Source: a virus
Lineage: Duplodnaviria; Caudoviricetes
DNA: 41,408 bases
IMG/VR virus record: IMGVR_UViG_3300032212_000049
Coordinates: 1-41,408 of that record
Reading direction: 5' to 3' (one strand)
Part shown: piece after piece, positions 26,652 through 36,485 of the stretch
How positions within the stretch are numbered: position 1 is the first letter of the stretch
Layout: each line of letters starts with the position of its first letter
Made by a program: the position numbers and the translations under genes
The notes under the pieces: model-generated
What the model was told of the DNA's origin: nothing
Databases searched by the model: none
What the model saw: the letters and a program-made list of their open reading frames with translations, nothing else

Positions 26652-27877
26652 TAGCCACCTCCAATGCCGGGATAACCAGCACTTGTCAGTGGAATACGAA
26701 TTTCTCTAAACCTTACCGCTTCATCTTGATGCTTGATTGCAATGTAAATCGCATCCTGCCCGGTAATATCTATTGCATTTGTTCGATACTCAACGCCGTT
26801 ATATCCATCTAAATTTTGTGGATCAATATTCTGCCCTGCTGGAGCATTAAAACCGTAAGTCCATCCGCCATTTCCATAAAATGAGTCAAATGCATATTTG
26901 ACGTCAAACGTTTTATCATTTTCAGGCTTTAATCGTCGCCAGCTAACAATGACCTCTCCAGTAATATTGGATCTAACTCCGGTTAGCGAATAAATATGGT
27001 TGATGTCTTCGTCTGCCGTTTCTTCGTAGATTTCGAACCCGTCAAGTAAAAATGTTCCAGGATATAATGAAAGCCCTTCTTTATTCGTAACATAAAAATA
27101 TGTTGCCAAGTCAAAATAATCGTAACCCGTTTCAAGTGTTGTTTCGTCTTGTATTCCCTGCTCCTGCGCCCCACTTTCACCGCGCTGGTGATCTGGATGC
27201 GGATCGATAATGATCTGCTGCCAATTACCCGTATACTCTAAATTTGCATAATGGTAAAAATGCCAATTATCAGATTCATTGTTTGTACGTGTCGTTGATG
27301 TATTTCTTAAATATATTCCTGTGTGCCAGTTTGCACTACCTATCGGTGATTTTTTAACAATTGTCGGCGGGACTTTTACCCAGTAACGCATCCTGTTATA
27401 TGTTTTTAATGTCGTGTAGTTAACGTGTTCACGAAGATAATTCCAGTCGTTTGATACAGCGCCTTTGTTGTTATAGAAATTGATGAACATGCTGCCTGCT
27501 GCGCCACCGCTAGTTACATCATCCTGTAAACTTTGGCTTCCAAATAACGACTCTGTTGTATTAAGCGATAGCGTTCCCTCCCGCAAGTTCCCGGCGCTGT
27601 CGTCGTCATCATGCTCCCACAAATAGCGTAATGTGCCCCCGCCTTCGGTAAACACAGCAGGAATAGATCCGTATTCGAACGAATCCAAAATTAACGAATT
27701 TGCAAATTGCGATGGCGGACTATATTCGCCCCCTGGCGCACAAGCTGTATGCAGTTTCCCGTCAGCACATAATGTAAGCTCGCTGTTTTCCCAAGTCTTA
27801 CTAACGCCCGATACTTCAGCAAACGCAGAAATCGCAAATAAAAACGCGAATAATCCTGCCATAAATCTACTTTTCAT
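26651..27877 (-). CDS. Secreted beta-rich protein with a Sec signal peptide
   Basis: MKSRFMAGLFAFLFAISAFA-EV; aromatic-rich; function unknown. Confidence 0.7.
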   Translation of the reverse strand: MKSRFMAGLFAFLFAISAFAEVSGVSKTWENSELTLCADGKLHTACAPGGEYSPPSQFANSLILDSFEYGSIPAVFTEGGGTLRYLWEHDDDDSAGNLREGTLSLNTTESLFGSQSLQDDVTSGGAAGSMFINFYNNKGAVSNDWNYLREHVNYTTLKTYNRMRYWVKVPPTIVKKSPIGSANWHTGIYLRNTSTTRTNNESDNWHFYHYANLEYTGNWQQIIIDPHPDHQRGESGAQEQGIQDETTLETGYDYFDLATYFYVTNKEGLSLYPGTFLLDGFEIYEETADEDINHIYSLTGVRSNITGEVIVSWRRLKPENDKTFDVKYAFDSFYGNGGWTYGFNAPAGQNIDPQNLDGYNGVEYRTNAIDITGQDAIYIAIKHQDEAVRFREIRIPLTSAGYPGIGGG

Positions 27878-28122
27878 TTAGATATTCTCTCGAAAATTTT
27901 ATCTAGTCGCGTTGTAATATCGCGGAATTGACTATCCATTTTTCTTTCCAGGCGCATGTCTCGTTTATCGACATCGCCATGCGTTGCAGACTCTTTTTCA
28001 AGCTCGGTGACCCGCTCATGCAACTTGTCATATTTTGCAGCTGATCTACGCGTAAAAATTAAACCGATGCCGAGGATTAACGATGCAATCCAACCGCTGT
28101 GAAATGGATCTTCAGGGGTCAC
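27874..28122 (-). CDS. Single-TM coiled-coil membrane protein (lysis region)
   Basis: N-terminal hydrophobic helix then a charged coiled coil. Confidence 0.7.
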   Translation of the reverse strand: MTPEDPFHSGWIASLILGIGLIFTRRSAAKYDKLHERVTELEKESATHGDVDKRDMRLERKMDSQFRDITTRLDKIFERISK

Positions 28123-28367
28123 TCGTCAGAGCCTCCATTGTGCGCGCTAATAACATCGATTAGCGTTTGTATGTATTGATCTCGTCTTAACAAATGCCGA
28201 TAAACACTTTTTTGAACAGGTATTGGACACTGGACAATTTCAGATCGCTTAACCGTGCCAGAATACATTGCGGGCGGAATTTCAACGGGAACCACTATTA
28301 ATTCAGACGCACACGCACTAAGCATCATCGAAATAATCGAGATACGAATCATCTTTAAGCGCATCAT
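28119..28367 (-). CDS. Putative o-spanin lipoprotein (Rz1-like)
   Basis: Lipobox LSA-C, proline-rich, overlaps the i-spanin 3' end. Confidence 0.7.
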   Translation of the reverse strand: MMRLKMIRISIISMMLSACASELIVVPVEIPPAMYSGTVKRSEIVQCPIPVQKSVYRHLLRRDQYIQTLIDVISAHNGGSDE

Positions 28368-28560
28368 CTATTTCCCGTTGATATTGCTTTTGGTGTTTCA
28401 CCGCTGCGTTTCGCTGTGCTTTCAGGTTTGCCGCTTCTGCCTTTGCTTTCACGACGATATTCTGATATTTACGCGCTTTGCTTTGATAGTACTTTGCAGA
28501 AAATAGCGCTAGCAGAAAGGCTAAAAGTGCTGCTCCGTAAAGTTTAAATTTTGTCAGCAT
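28318..28560 (-). CDS. Putative i-spanin (Rz-like)
   Basis: N-terminal TM plus an Ala/Lys helical domain. Confidence 0.7.
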   Translation of the reverse strand: MLTKFKLYGAALLAFLLALFSAKYYQSKARKYQNIVVKAKAEAANLKAQRNAAVKHQKQYQREIDDALKDDSYLDYFDDA

Positions 28561-28765
28561 CTGACTTGTCGCCTAGCGGCGTTTTGGTCAGCTCTCGAAG
28601 AATGAGAACGGTTAATCCAATAACAAAGTTAATTGTGCCTTGATACTCGCCCAAGAAAGTACCAAGCATTGAAATATTTTGTTGAGCAAATCCAAGTGCC
28701 ATAATCAATATGCCAAACAAATATGTTTTTGATTTAAGTCGATGTTTGATAATTTGCTCAGTCAT
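28544..28765 (-). CDS. Putative holin (2 TM, 73 aa)
   Basis: Likely start MTEQII coupled to the endolysin stop; KSKT-TM-TM-LRELTKTPL. Confidence 0.7.
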   Translation of the reverse strand: MTEQIIKHRLKSKTYLFGILIMALGFAQQNISMLGTFLGEYQGTINFVIGLTVLILRELTKTPLGDKSDADKI

Positions 28766-29181
28766 TATTTGCCGCCATAATATTTTTGATTTAATTGAAT
28801 ATGAACTGAGTCTGGCGAGTTTTTCCCCCGGAACGATTTCCACAAATGCCCGAATTCGAGTTGGACACCAAGCGCCGTACCGGCAACAATGAATGCCTGC
28901 ACAATCGGCCCGTAAAATCGGTTTTCCCATGTCGCTTTATTGTTTATATACGCAAATATATCAATTGCGTGTGCATATCCGTCTGATTGCACTAGATGCA
29001 AACTATTACGAATCTCTGCCTTATGCTGACGTAGTAGCTCGTCTTGTTCTTCAATTGTTCGCAATCCGCTCGATACGCCGAAATCAACCGTTGTTTCAAT
29101 AATTGCTCTGCGTGCAACTTGCGCCAGATCAGGGTGCACCGGGTCGAGTACTCTTAATGAGCGTGTTGAAAGTGAAAACAT
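28765..29181 (-). CDS. Endolysin, M15-family L-Ala-D-Glu peptidase
   Basis: VHPDL, GLRTIEEQ, SLH, HAID and DSVHIQL motifs. Confidence 0.9.
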   Translation of the reverse strand: MFSLSTRSLRVLDPVHPDLAQVARRAIIETTVDFGVSSGLRTIEEQDELLRQHKAEIRNSLHLVQSDGYAHAIDIFAYINNKATWENRFYGPIVQAFIVAGTALGVQLEFGHLWKSFRGKNSPDSVHIQLNQKYYGGK

Positions 29182-29207
29182 AGGACTGACGTCTTTCGTT
29201 TGGGCAA

Positions 29208-29241
29208 TAAAAAACCCCGACTTCGTTAGAAATCAGGGTTT
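29208..29241 (-). terminator. Terminator before the lysis/late operon (tR'-like position)
   Basis: Imperfect hairpin followed by tttttt on the minus strand. Confidence 0.5.
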
Positions 29242-29278
29242 GAATTTGTTTTGAGCGCAGAATCTCAAACTAGAAAAA

Positions 29279-29752
29279 TCATGGCATATTTAGTGCCGTT
29301 TTGTCAACACTACATAATATGTAGTTTTTTGGCGCTTTCACAGATGCTAAATTTGCAAAATAAACAACAAACTTTTTTGCTTTATATTTGCGCTTTTTGT
29401 ACTGATCGAGAGTTAATTGACATTCGGCTGCAAGAACTGACTGGCAAAATTGATTGTTGTAAAGCGCATCGAATTTTATATAAGCGCTAAATCTTATTGG
29501 TACTCTATTTAAAATATCCGCCGCCTGGCGTTCTTCATGCGATATTCTAACTCGACGCTGTTTATCAACTCTTGCGCAAATTGTTTCCGGTTTAAATAAC
29601 CCAGGTGATGGCAAATCGCCCTGAAAATCAAAAATCTTGCCAAAGATTGACTCACCCGTTTTCGCTATCTCTTCCTGAAAACGTATTGCTTCATAATAGC
29701 TCACCCATCTTGACATGATTAAATCAAACAGTTCATTTTCAGCTCGGGTCAT
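29279..29752 (-). CDS. Putative late-gene regulator (Q-like antiterminator)
   Basis: Position directly upstream of the lysis genes and an HTH-like C-terminus; positional inference. Confidence 0.5.
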   Translation of the reverse strand: MTRAENELFDLIMSRWVSYYEAIRFQEEIAKTGESIFGKIFDFQGDLPSPGLFKPETICARVDKQRRVRISHEERQAADILNRVPIRFSAYIKFDALYNNQFCQSVLAAECQLTLDQYKKRKYKAKKFVVYFANLASVKAPKNYILCSVDKTALNMP

Positions 29753-29775
29753 TATTTAACTCTCTGTAATTGTGA

Positions 29776-30147
29776 TTATCGTGTTGAGTTTATTAACCGT
29801 TCTATTGTTTTTAATGCCTCTCCATTTTTAACCAGCTTTGCTCCGCATCGATAAATATTCCAACCAAGACGCATTGCCCTATCGTATTTTTCAAGATCGC
29901 CTTCAAAGCCTGCGCCGCGATTATGGCTCCCGTTTATATACGCACCGCCTTCGACCTCAACGGCCAATTTAATATCGGGCCATGCAAAGTCAAAACGCCA
30001 GTCTCTAAGTCCAGCTTCTTTAATTCGCTTTCGTGAGCCTTTACCGGTGCCACCCGTTTCAATCGCGGCGAATCGGTATTCCTGGATAGGGTCAGGTAAT
30101 TTAAGCGCCATCATTTGTATTTTTAATGACTCTTCTAAATAGCTCAT
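29776..30147 (-). CDS. PD-(D/E)XK / Vsr-like endonuclease
   Basis: WRFDFAWPDIKLAVEVEGG...H...D.EKY. Confidence 0.8.
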   Translation of the reverse strand: MSYLEESLKIQMMALKLPDPIQEYRFAAIETGGTGKGSRKRIKEAGLRDWRFDFAWPDIKLAVEVEGGAYINGSHNRGAGFEGDLEKYDRAMRLGWNIYRCGAKLVKNGEALKTIERLINSTR

Positions 30148-30455
30148 TTAATTCCTGAGACCGTAATGACGCCCATATCAAACAATTTATTCAGCGTTCG
30201 TACGATTGCGCGGCAGTTATAAAACCATCGGTGGTCATCATACTCGTAAGAATAAACACGCCCGTCTATCGCATCATGGCAGTTTGAGCAGCCAAACGCG
30301 GTACTGCCTAAATCGCTTGGTTTACCGCCCATAATTCCGCCATCAACCTGAACGTGACATAAAACCGTTGTCTCGTTATCGCAGCTGCATATACCGGCAA
30401 TATGGAACGTACATTCCTGTCCTTTTGCCGCTTTGCGCAGCGCATTCGATTTCAT
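30144..30455 (-). CDS. DUF1364/YbcO-like zinc-binding putative nuclease
   Basis: LRKAAKGQEC...GIC...ETTVLCH...KPSD...CSNCHDAIDGR. Confidence 0.8.
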   Translation of the reverse strand: MKSNALRKAAKGQECTFHIAGICSCDNETTVLCHVQVDGGIMGGKPSDLGSTAFGCSNCHDAIDGRVYSYEYDDHRWFYNCRAIVRTLNKLFDMGVITVSGIK

Positions 30456-30667
30456 TCTATCACCTCAGTTTGCAGCCAATCATCAATACTATATGCGCCA
30501 AACACAATTCGCATTCCTAGCCACTTAAACACGGTTTTGCGACACTTTGTGATCTCGTTATAACCAAGACACGGGCATTCGCCTGTGTACGTAATTGCGG
30601 TATAACAGCCTGTTTTGCCGTCATACTTTACTGCTGTTTTCTCAGTGTGAATTTTTGGAATGATCAT
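30452..30667 (-). CDS. Hypothetical protein
   Basis: ATGA-coupled to both neighbours. Confidence 0.6.
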   Translation of the reverse strand: MIIPKIHTEKTAVKYDGKTGCYTAITYTGECPCLGYNEITKCRKTVFKWLGMRIVFGAYSIDDWLQTEVIE

Positions 30668-31122
30668 TCTGCCGCCCTGTTTTCATTAACGTACTCAATC
30701 GTTTTTTCGCTAAAAACTGCGCCGTGTTGCGAGCCCCAGAAATATAAAAATTCAATAAACTTGCTGCCTTCATGCTTTTTAAAATTTGTCGTGGATGGCC
30801 GGATCGTGACTGCACGCTCTTGATCAAGACTGATCGTTACCTTGCCCGGCTTACTGAGCTTCTCTCCGCCGCGTTTTAGCTCTTGCTCGAACTCATCCAC
30901 TAATAACGCTTTCCAAGCTTCTACGCTGTACGTAACGCCGATATTCACCGTTTTTGCGATATCGCCAATAAGCGCATGATATTTTTTTTCTTGCTCTCGG
31001 CTTTTTGATTCGCGGCCTAGTGTGATAATCACATTTCCACGACTTAGACCCTTTCTAACCAATTGATCGATTTGCTTGATAACGGGCGTTACAGAGCCTT
31101 GAGTTGAGATTGTGAAATCCAT
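30664..31122 (-). CDS. NinB-family protein
   Basis: KSREQEKKYHALIGDIA...WKALL...STT...FIEFL. Confidence 0.75.
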   Translation of the reverse strand: MDFTISTQGSVTPVIKQIDQLVRKGLSRGNVIITLGRESKSREQEKKYHALIGDIAKTVNIGVTYSVEAWKALLVDEFEQELKRGGEKLSKPGKVTISLDQERAVTIRPSTTNFKKHEGSKFIEFLYFWGSQHGAVFSEKTIEYVNENRAAE

Positions 31123-31123
31123 T

Positions 31124-31387
31124 TTAATTGCACATATTCGATTGATACTGGTCTATTCTATCCAGCAAATACCTAACACCACCGTATCGATTTGCATTTG
31201 CAAGAATTGTTCGCGCTCGTTCTTCTGCGCTATTTGCGCTCTCAAATTTGCATATTTTTTTATGATCGTTAATCGCAACATCAAGATTAAAATCATTGCC
31301 TTCTAATACAGCGCTGTAGATCTGTCTCCATGAATTGAAGAAACTGTTATTTGATGGAAGTCTGTTTTTTTCTTTTTTTGGTCTCAT
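31124..31387 (-). CDS. Hypothetical protein
   Basis: Coupled to the helicase stop. Confidence 0.6.
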   Translation of the reverse strand: MRPKKEKNRLPSNNSFFNSWRQIYSAVLEGNDFNLDVAINDHKKICKFESANSAEERARTILANANRYGGVRYLLDRIDQYQSNMCN

Positions 31388-32679
31388 GCTGTTTTACTTT
31401 CGTAAATATTTGATACGTTTTGAAAATCCTTGAACTGAAAATACTTACCAATGAATAGCGTTTTAATAAGGCCGGTAGGGCCATGACGGTTTTTGCATAT
31501 ATCAAGTTCTGCAATTCCATAATCTTGCGTATGCTCGTCGTAAACTTCGTCGCGATACAGCGTTATAATTACATCAGCCTCTTTTTCAATCTCTGACGCG
31601 TCTGACATATCGCCCGCTTTTGGTCGTCTGTCGCTGCGTGATTCTACATCGCGTTTAACCTGTGCCAGCGCAACGACCGGAATGTTAAGTTCTCTGGCAA
31701 GATTCTTTAGCGACTGCGTGACTTCGGTTACTTGTTCCGTTTTTGATTTGCTTGGATTTGAGCCTTTGATTTTTTGAATATAATCAACGTAAAGTATTTT
31801 GATATCATGGTTAAACTTCCATTCACGCGCTTGTCTAATTAGTCCGGTAATCGAAATACTTGCTTCGTCATTCAACCAGGCTTGACGATCTTTTAGCGCC
31901 AGTGTTGAGCCTGATACCATCGACCAATCGTGATCGCTTAAATTGGCTGTACGTAGCTTTTGCGAATCGATTGAGCCGTGTATTGACAGCATTCTCAAGC
32001 CTGCCTGAGCCATGCCTTGCTCTGCTGAGATAATGCCGCACGGCATGTTTGCAGCATGAGCCATCGAAAATAATAAACTGGTTTTGCCCATTGCCGGACG
32101 TGCGCCGATAACAGCCAGATCGGTGTCGTGAAATCCACCGGTTGATTCATCAAGATCTTTGATTCCTGTTGTAATCCCAACTAAACCACCGTCTTTTTCG
32201 TGGGCTTCTTGAACAAGCGTTAAACCGGATTCAAGACATTGTTTTAAAGTGTGGTTATGGTTTTTTTGCGACTTGTCGATTGCGATTAATTCTTTAATCG
32301 CCAACGCTATTGGATCTGAGTCAGAGCCGCTTTGTAGGCTTTGCTGAAGCGTGTTAGCAATATCGACGCCCTTGCGTTTCCGGGCGGCTTCTTTGATGCT
32401 TGCGCAGTATTCCGAAAGATACCTGCCAGTCCCAACCCCTTTTTCGATTAGCTGACCAAAATAATTCATATCAACCGTTCGATATTTTTGCTCGATATCT
32501 TCGCTTACGGTGATGATGTCAATTGCTTTTCCGTTAGCCGCAACCGCTTGGATAGCTTCGTAAATAATTTTGTGTGACTGAGTCGAAAAATCACTACTGT
32601 CCAAATTACATTCTGATAATCTCGAACCATCGGTTAGCAGAACGTAAAGCGCTGCTTGCTCAGATGCTAATGAATTCAT
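31384..32679 (-). CDS. dnaB: DnaB-like replicative helicase
   Basis: GARPAMGKT, VDYIQ, LAQ, IEKEAD and KNRHGPTG motifs. Confidence 0.95.
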   Translation of the reverse strand: MNSLASEQAALYVLLTDGSRLSECNLDSSDFSTQSHKIIYEAIQAVAANGKAIDIITVSEDIEQKYRTVDMNYFGQLIEKGVGTGRYLSEYCASIKEAARKRKGVDIANTLQQSLQSGSDSDPIALAIKELIAIDKSQKNHNHTLKQCLESGLTLVQEAHEKDGGLVGITTGIKDLDESTGGFHDTDLAVIGARPAMGKTSLLFSMAHAANMPCGIISAEQGMAQAGLRMLSIHGSIDSQKLRTANLSDHDWSMVSGSTLALKDRQAWLNDEASISITGLIRQAREWKFNHDIKILYVDYIQKIKGSNPSKSKTEQVTEVTQSLKNLARELNIPVVALAQVKRDVESRSDRRPKAGDMSDASEIEKEADVIITLYRDEVYDEHTQDYGIAELDICKNRHGPTGLIKTLFIGKYFQFKDFQNVSNIYESKTA

Positions 32680-33506
32680 TGGATAGGCTCTCCCGGTTTT
32701 GGCATCATTCGCCGTGAATGCTGGACAGTTGGATTTGGGTTTTTATCAACAAACCATTCTTGCGCTTTTCGCATTCCACCACGCCATGTTGCTTCCCAGT
32801 TGGTGTATTGATATTTGGATTCATTAGACCGCATTGCATCAGCCCATTTTTCAGTTGCAGAGTTAATTTCAATTTGAAAGTTTTGTTTTTCAAACCACGT
32901 AACCATTTTTTTTGTAATTTGAAAATCTTTTGGGAGGGGGTGTTTTTTTCTTTTATTATTTTCTTTTATCTCTTCTCTTCTCTTCTCTTCTCTGCGGTTA
33001 CTCGTTACGTCACGCGTTACGTCACGCGTTATGTCACGCGTTACGTCACTTGTTACGTAACGTTCTTGTTTTTTTCGCTCCCTATATTCTTTCTGACGCT
33101 GTGCTGCTGTCTTTGATATTGCGCTACGAGATGCCCCGGAAGTATTGTATTCACTGAAGTTAGGAAGAATTACGCGAGAATTTTCACTGTCATATTCAAG
33201 CCAACCCATCGACTTCATTGCTGCTGCAAAACCGGGAATGCTGACCATGTCATCAATGTCGTCAAGGTCGGCATTTTCAAAAATGCCGTTCTTTGTGTGT
33301 TCGTTTGCAGCACCCCATATAACGAGGAGTGACGACACCGTTACGTGACGCATAACGCTACGCGTAACGATTTGTGACATAACGCCAACGAACCCTGTTG
33401 ATAACGCACTACCAACTTCAATCGAATTTTCAAGCTCACGCGCAATGCCGTTTACCTTCGGGTTTGTTAGTAAGCTTGTGCGCATCTTTATCCAATCACC
33501 CGCCAT
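32676..33506 (-). CDS. Replication initiator (lambda O-like position)
   Basis: MAGDWIKMR..L...PKV start, internal iterons, upstream of the helicase. Confidence 0.85.
   Translation of the reverse strand: MAGDWIKMRTSLLTNPKVNGIARELENSIEVGSALSTGFVGVMSQIVTRSVMRHVTVSSLLVIWGAANEHTKNGIFENADLDDIDDMVSIPGFAAAMKSMGWLEYDSENSRVILPNFSEYNTSGASRSAISKTAAQRQKEYRERKKQERYVTSDVTRDITRDVTRDVTSNRREEKRREEIKENNKRKKHPLPKDFQITKKMVTWFEKQNFQIEINSATEKWADAMRSNESKYQYTNWEATWRGGMRKAQEWFVDKNPNPTVQHSRRMMPKPGEPIQ
33003..33062. repeat. 12-bp iterons, probable replication origin
   Basis: cgttacgtcacg x4 (two with one change each) plus tgttacgtaacg, next to a (tcttc)n and T-rich tract at 32941-32992. Confidence 0.8.
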
Positions 33507-33699
33507 GTCTTAACCCCGCCCTCTCTTCCATCTGTTTAATGCTGTCAGGGCTTCTCTTGGCATGAATACGTGACAATAAGACACACGCCAGGCGTCGAGT
33601 GCGCCGACCTATAGTCTTATTTGAAGCGATTCTAAGGCAGGATTTAATGCCCTGTTCTATAGCTTGTTCCGTCACAGAAAACCCTTGTTTCGTTTATAG

Positions 33700-34056
33700 T
33701 TATGCAACATTTTTATTTTGCTTTAAGCGTATAATCTCAGCCTCTAATTGCTCGATTTTGCTGATGCTCGCCGTAGCTAAATATCGGTCAATGTAATATT
33801 CAATAAGTCGATAATCTTGAGTGACATTCATCCATGTCTCTGCGTCATCAAGCGTAAATCTTGCGGAATCATTTGGGCTTTGTGCTAACTTTCTTGTTAA
33901 CTGTGATGGCGCTAAATCCATATCAGCTGCAATTGCTTTTTGAAGTTTGTTTTGTTGGTGAACTAGCGCCTGTATTAACTCTCTGCCAGAGGCGTAACAT
34001 TTAGACAGGCCAGCCTCAAAATCCAAGGTCAACTGGTGCTTGCTAGCGTTTTGCAT
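33700..34056 (-). CDS. CII-like regulator
   Basis: QKAIAADMDLAPSQLTRKL HTH; downstream of cro. Confidence 0.7.
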   Translation of the reverse strand: MQNASKHQLTLDFEAGLSKCYASGRELIQALVHQQNKLQKAIAADMDLAPSQLTRKLAQSPNDSARFTLDDAETWMNVTQDYRLIEYYIDRYLATASISKIEQLEAEIIRLKQNKNVA

Positions 34057-34144
34057 TTTTCTGCTTCCCCCACTTTCCTTGACTTTCCTCTACCATTTTT
34101 ACGAAAAATAAAACCCTCAAAAAGAGGGCTTTATTTGTTTTCGG

Positions 34145-34336
34145 TTATGCTGCTTTTTGTTTTGCGTTATTGTCTACGGTCAGCTGACCGTCACTTAATA
34201 TTTGCAACTCAAACTGTCTGCCTTTTGGAACTTTTCCTGATTCTGTCCATTGCTGTACGGCCTGGTAAGAAATATTTAGCCGTTTGGCAATCTCTGCTTT
34301 AGTTCCGAAATAATTTATTACTTGATCAACGGTCAT
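34145..34336 (-). CDS. cro: Cro-like repressor
   Basis: FGTKAEIAKRLNISYQAVQQW...VPKGRQFELQ; divergent from cI. Confidence 0.88.
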   Translation of the reverse strand: MTVDQVINYFGTKAEIAKRLNISYQAVQQWTESGKVPKGRQFELQILSDGQLTVDNNAKQKAA

Positions 34337-34364
34337 AAGATCGTCCTCTTCCACATTCAGTAAT

Positions 34365-34402
34365 TAAAGCATACTTTATTTTCAAAAGTAAAGCATGCTT
34401 TT
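34365..34402. promoter_or_regulatory. OR-like operators (TAAAGCATGCTTTA palindrome)
   Basis: taaagcatacttta at 34365 and taaagcatgctttt at 34389. Confidence 0.8.
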
Positions 34403-34427
34403 AAAGTAATCTTGTATCTTTATTTAT

Positions 34428-35096
34428 ATGGAAACGATAATTGACCGAATTGAAAAACTACTCTTGGGTGCCGGAGTTCCTCCTAGACGTGTCAGGCGAG
34501 AGCTTGCCGATACTTGTGGTATAACTGTTCAAGCAGTGGGGGACTGGTTTAAGGGGGCGACCAAGAAGATTTCACCAGAATATCTTGCCCTAATAGCTAA
34601 AAAGTGGAATACATCTACAGATTATCTAATCACGGGTAAATGCAATAACGCTGATTCTGACAATGTTTCTTTCAAGGGATATAAAGAAACAAATAAAGTT
34701 CCTCTCATCTCCTGGGTCACAGCGGGAAACTGGGAAGATCCCATAGATAATTATGCTGTAGGTTATGCCGAAGACTGGTTGCCGTGCCCTCCAAACTGTA
34801 AAGAAAAGACGACGTTTGCATTAAACATAACTGGCGATTCGATGGATGACGGCACGTCGTCCGGGTATCGAGATGGTGAGATTATTTTCGTAGACGGATC
34901 AAAGTCCGAACCTGCTCACAACAGCGATGTTGTGGTTAAGAATGGTGGTGGCAAGGTCACATTTAAACGGTTAATCAATTCAAATGGCACCTGGTATCTA
35001 AAACCTTTGAACCCAGATTGGCCAGACAAAATAATTGAACTTGACAGTAACTGTCATATCGTTGGACGCGTGATGTTCAGCGGTATGCGGCGCTAA
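34428..35096 (+). CDS. cI: CI-like repressor (HTH + S24 peptidase)
   Basis: N-terminal HTH, VPLISWVTAG cleavage region, GDSM Ser and TFKRL Lys. Confidence 0.93.
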   Translation: METIIDRIEKLLLGAGVPPRRVRRELADTCGITVQAVGDWFKGATKKISPEYLALIAKKWNTSTDYLITGKCNNADSDNVSFKGYKETNKVPLISWVTAGNWEDPIDNYAVGYAEDWLPCPPNCKEKTTFALNITGDSMDDGTSSGYRDGEIIFVDGSKSEPAHNSDVVVKNGGGKVTFKRLINSNGTWYLKPLNPDWPDKIIELDSNCHIVGRVMFSGMRR

Positions 35097-35137
35097 AAAA
35101 TAGAGAACTAACTAGCCCCATAATATAGGGAGATGGC

Positions 35138-35869
35138 ATGAATCTTATTGACCAAATAAAAGAGGTAATGGCGGATCATAGTGGAGCTGCTCATGTTAAC
35201 GATATATCACAAATGATTATCGATAGGTTCCCAAATATACATATTCAATCTGACGCCCTTCCAGCAAAAGTTTCTGCAATATTAGCTGCTGATGCTAGAA
35301 AAAAAGGAACCAAATCAAGTTTCTCTAAATTAAAAAACAAACAAGGTGGATTCAAAAGAGGGATATATAAATTAAAAAGAAAACCTGCCGTTAAACCCGT
35401 GCCGACAGTTTCTCCAAGCGTTTCAAGTCAATATACAGGTAAGGCGGGAGAAGCCGCAGTAATTAGCGAACTGCTTTTTTATGGATTTAATGCCTCCGGG
35501 ATGGCTGTCGATGACGGAATTGATGTCATTGCCGGGAAAAATAATAAATATTTCCACATTCAGGTTAAAACGTCGAATCCTTCAGAAAACGGAGCTTTTG
35601 CATTTTCAATAAAGAAAAGCAGCTTTACGGCTAAAGACTCATTCCAAACTTTCTATATTTTTGTCATTAGAGAAAAAAGTGACTGCCGTTATTATAATGA
35701 TTATTTAATTTTTCCTAGTAGCCAAGTGAGACAACTAATTGAGGTTGGAGTTATCAAGGATGGACAAAGCTTATCTATAAGAATTCAGAAAGACAAAAGA
35801 GGGCGGTATCTTTTAAATGCAAAGCAAGATGTCACCATTTCAGTAAACACATTTAGTCAAATAGCATAA
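35138..35869 (+). CDS. Winged-HTH + PD-(D/E)XK nuclease-domain protein
   Basis: GKAGEAAVISELL...DDGIDVIA...IQVKTS; N-terminus resembles HARE-HTH. Confidence 0.7.
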   Translation: MNLIDQIKEVMADHSGAAHVNDISQMIIDRFPNIHIQSDALPAKVSAILAADARKKGTKSSFSKLKNKQGGFKRGIYKLKRKPAVKPVPTVSPSVSSQYTGKAGEAAVISELLFYGFNASGMAVDDGIDVIAGKNNKYFHIQVKTSNPSENGAFAFSIKKSSFTAKDSFQTFYIFVIREKSDCRYYNDYLIFPSSQVRQLIEVGVIKDGQSLSIRIQKDKRGRYLLNAKQDVTISVNTFSQIA

Positions 35870-36125
35870 GGATATTGACATGGAAAAACACACATCCCCA
35901 TAAAAACCGGCGACCTACTGCTTGGAACGCTACTTGTACTGTATATACATGTGATCTTAGTCAAGGTTTTTGCTTAGCAAACGATATAAAGTGTAACGCA
36001 ACTAAAACAAAAATAGGTTGTACAGACTAGATAAACAGGTCTACTATCAATAAGACTCTTATTGTGTTTAATGCAATCTTTATTTAGTATACGCAGCCGA
36101 TATGAACTTCAAGGACTGATAATCC

Positions 36126-36485
36126 ATGGCTGGTAATACTGAATCTGCTCTAGCAAAAGCAGAAAATATATTAGACGAACAGATTGACGTGCTCGCTAAA
36201 GATACTCTGTATGTTATAGCAAGGCATGAAATTAAAGAGCTTGCAAAGCGAGATCCATCGTTTGAAGAGATCGTTCAAGCCTGCAAAAAAACCATTGTTA
36301 ACCTAGAAGAACATCTAGGTGAAGAGGCAATGAGAACCAAGATAGTTAATAATTTTGTAGAATTGGTAGGAATTTTGGCATCAATAGCACAAAGCATTGT
36401 GGATTATGACGAGAAGCTACTAATAGATTGTTGTACACATCTTGAAGAATTTTTAGAAATACGCGCAAATGGAGGTAAGAAATGA
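36126..36485 (+). CDS. Hypothetical acidic helical protein
   Basis: AAGGA SD; 119 aa ORF. Confidence 0.75.
   Translation: MAGNTESALAKAENILDEQIDVLAKDTLYVIARHEIKELAKRDPSFEEIVQACKKTIVNLEEHLGEEAMRTKIVNNFVELVGILASIAQSIVDYDEKLLIDCCTHLEEFLEIRANGGKK

Noticed and set aside
6631-29241. Shared hairpin + TTTTTT(A)TGYC motif at 6631, 15088, 18320, 18394 and 29202 as a novel repeat family
   Set aside because: It is adequately explained by ordinary intrinsic terminators in an antiterminated late operon.
6902-33796. Many plus-strand and nested ORFs from the ORF track inside the structural and replication genes
   Set aside because: They are antisense or off-frame shadows of well-supported genes, with no recognisable motifs.
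35939-35954. LexA (SOS) box ctgtatatacatgtga
   Set aside because: The left half matches but the required terminal CAG is absent.
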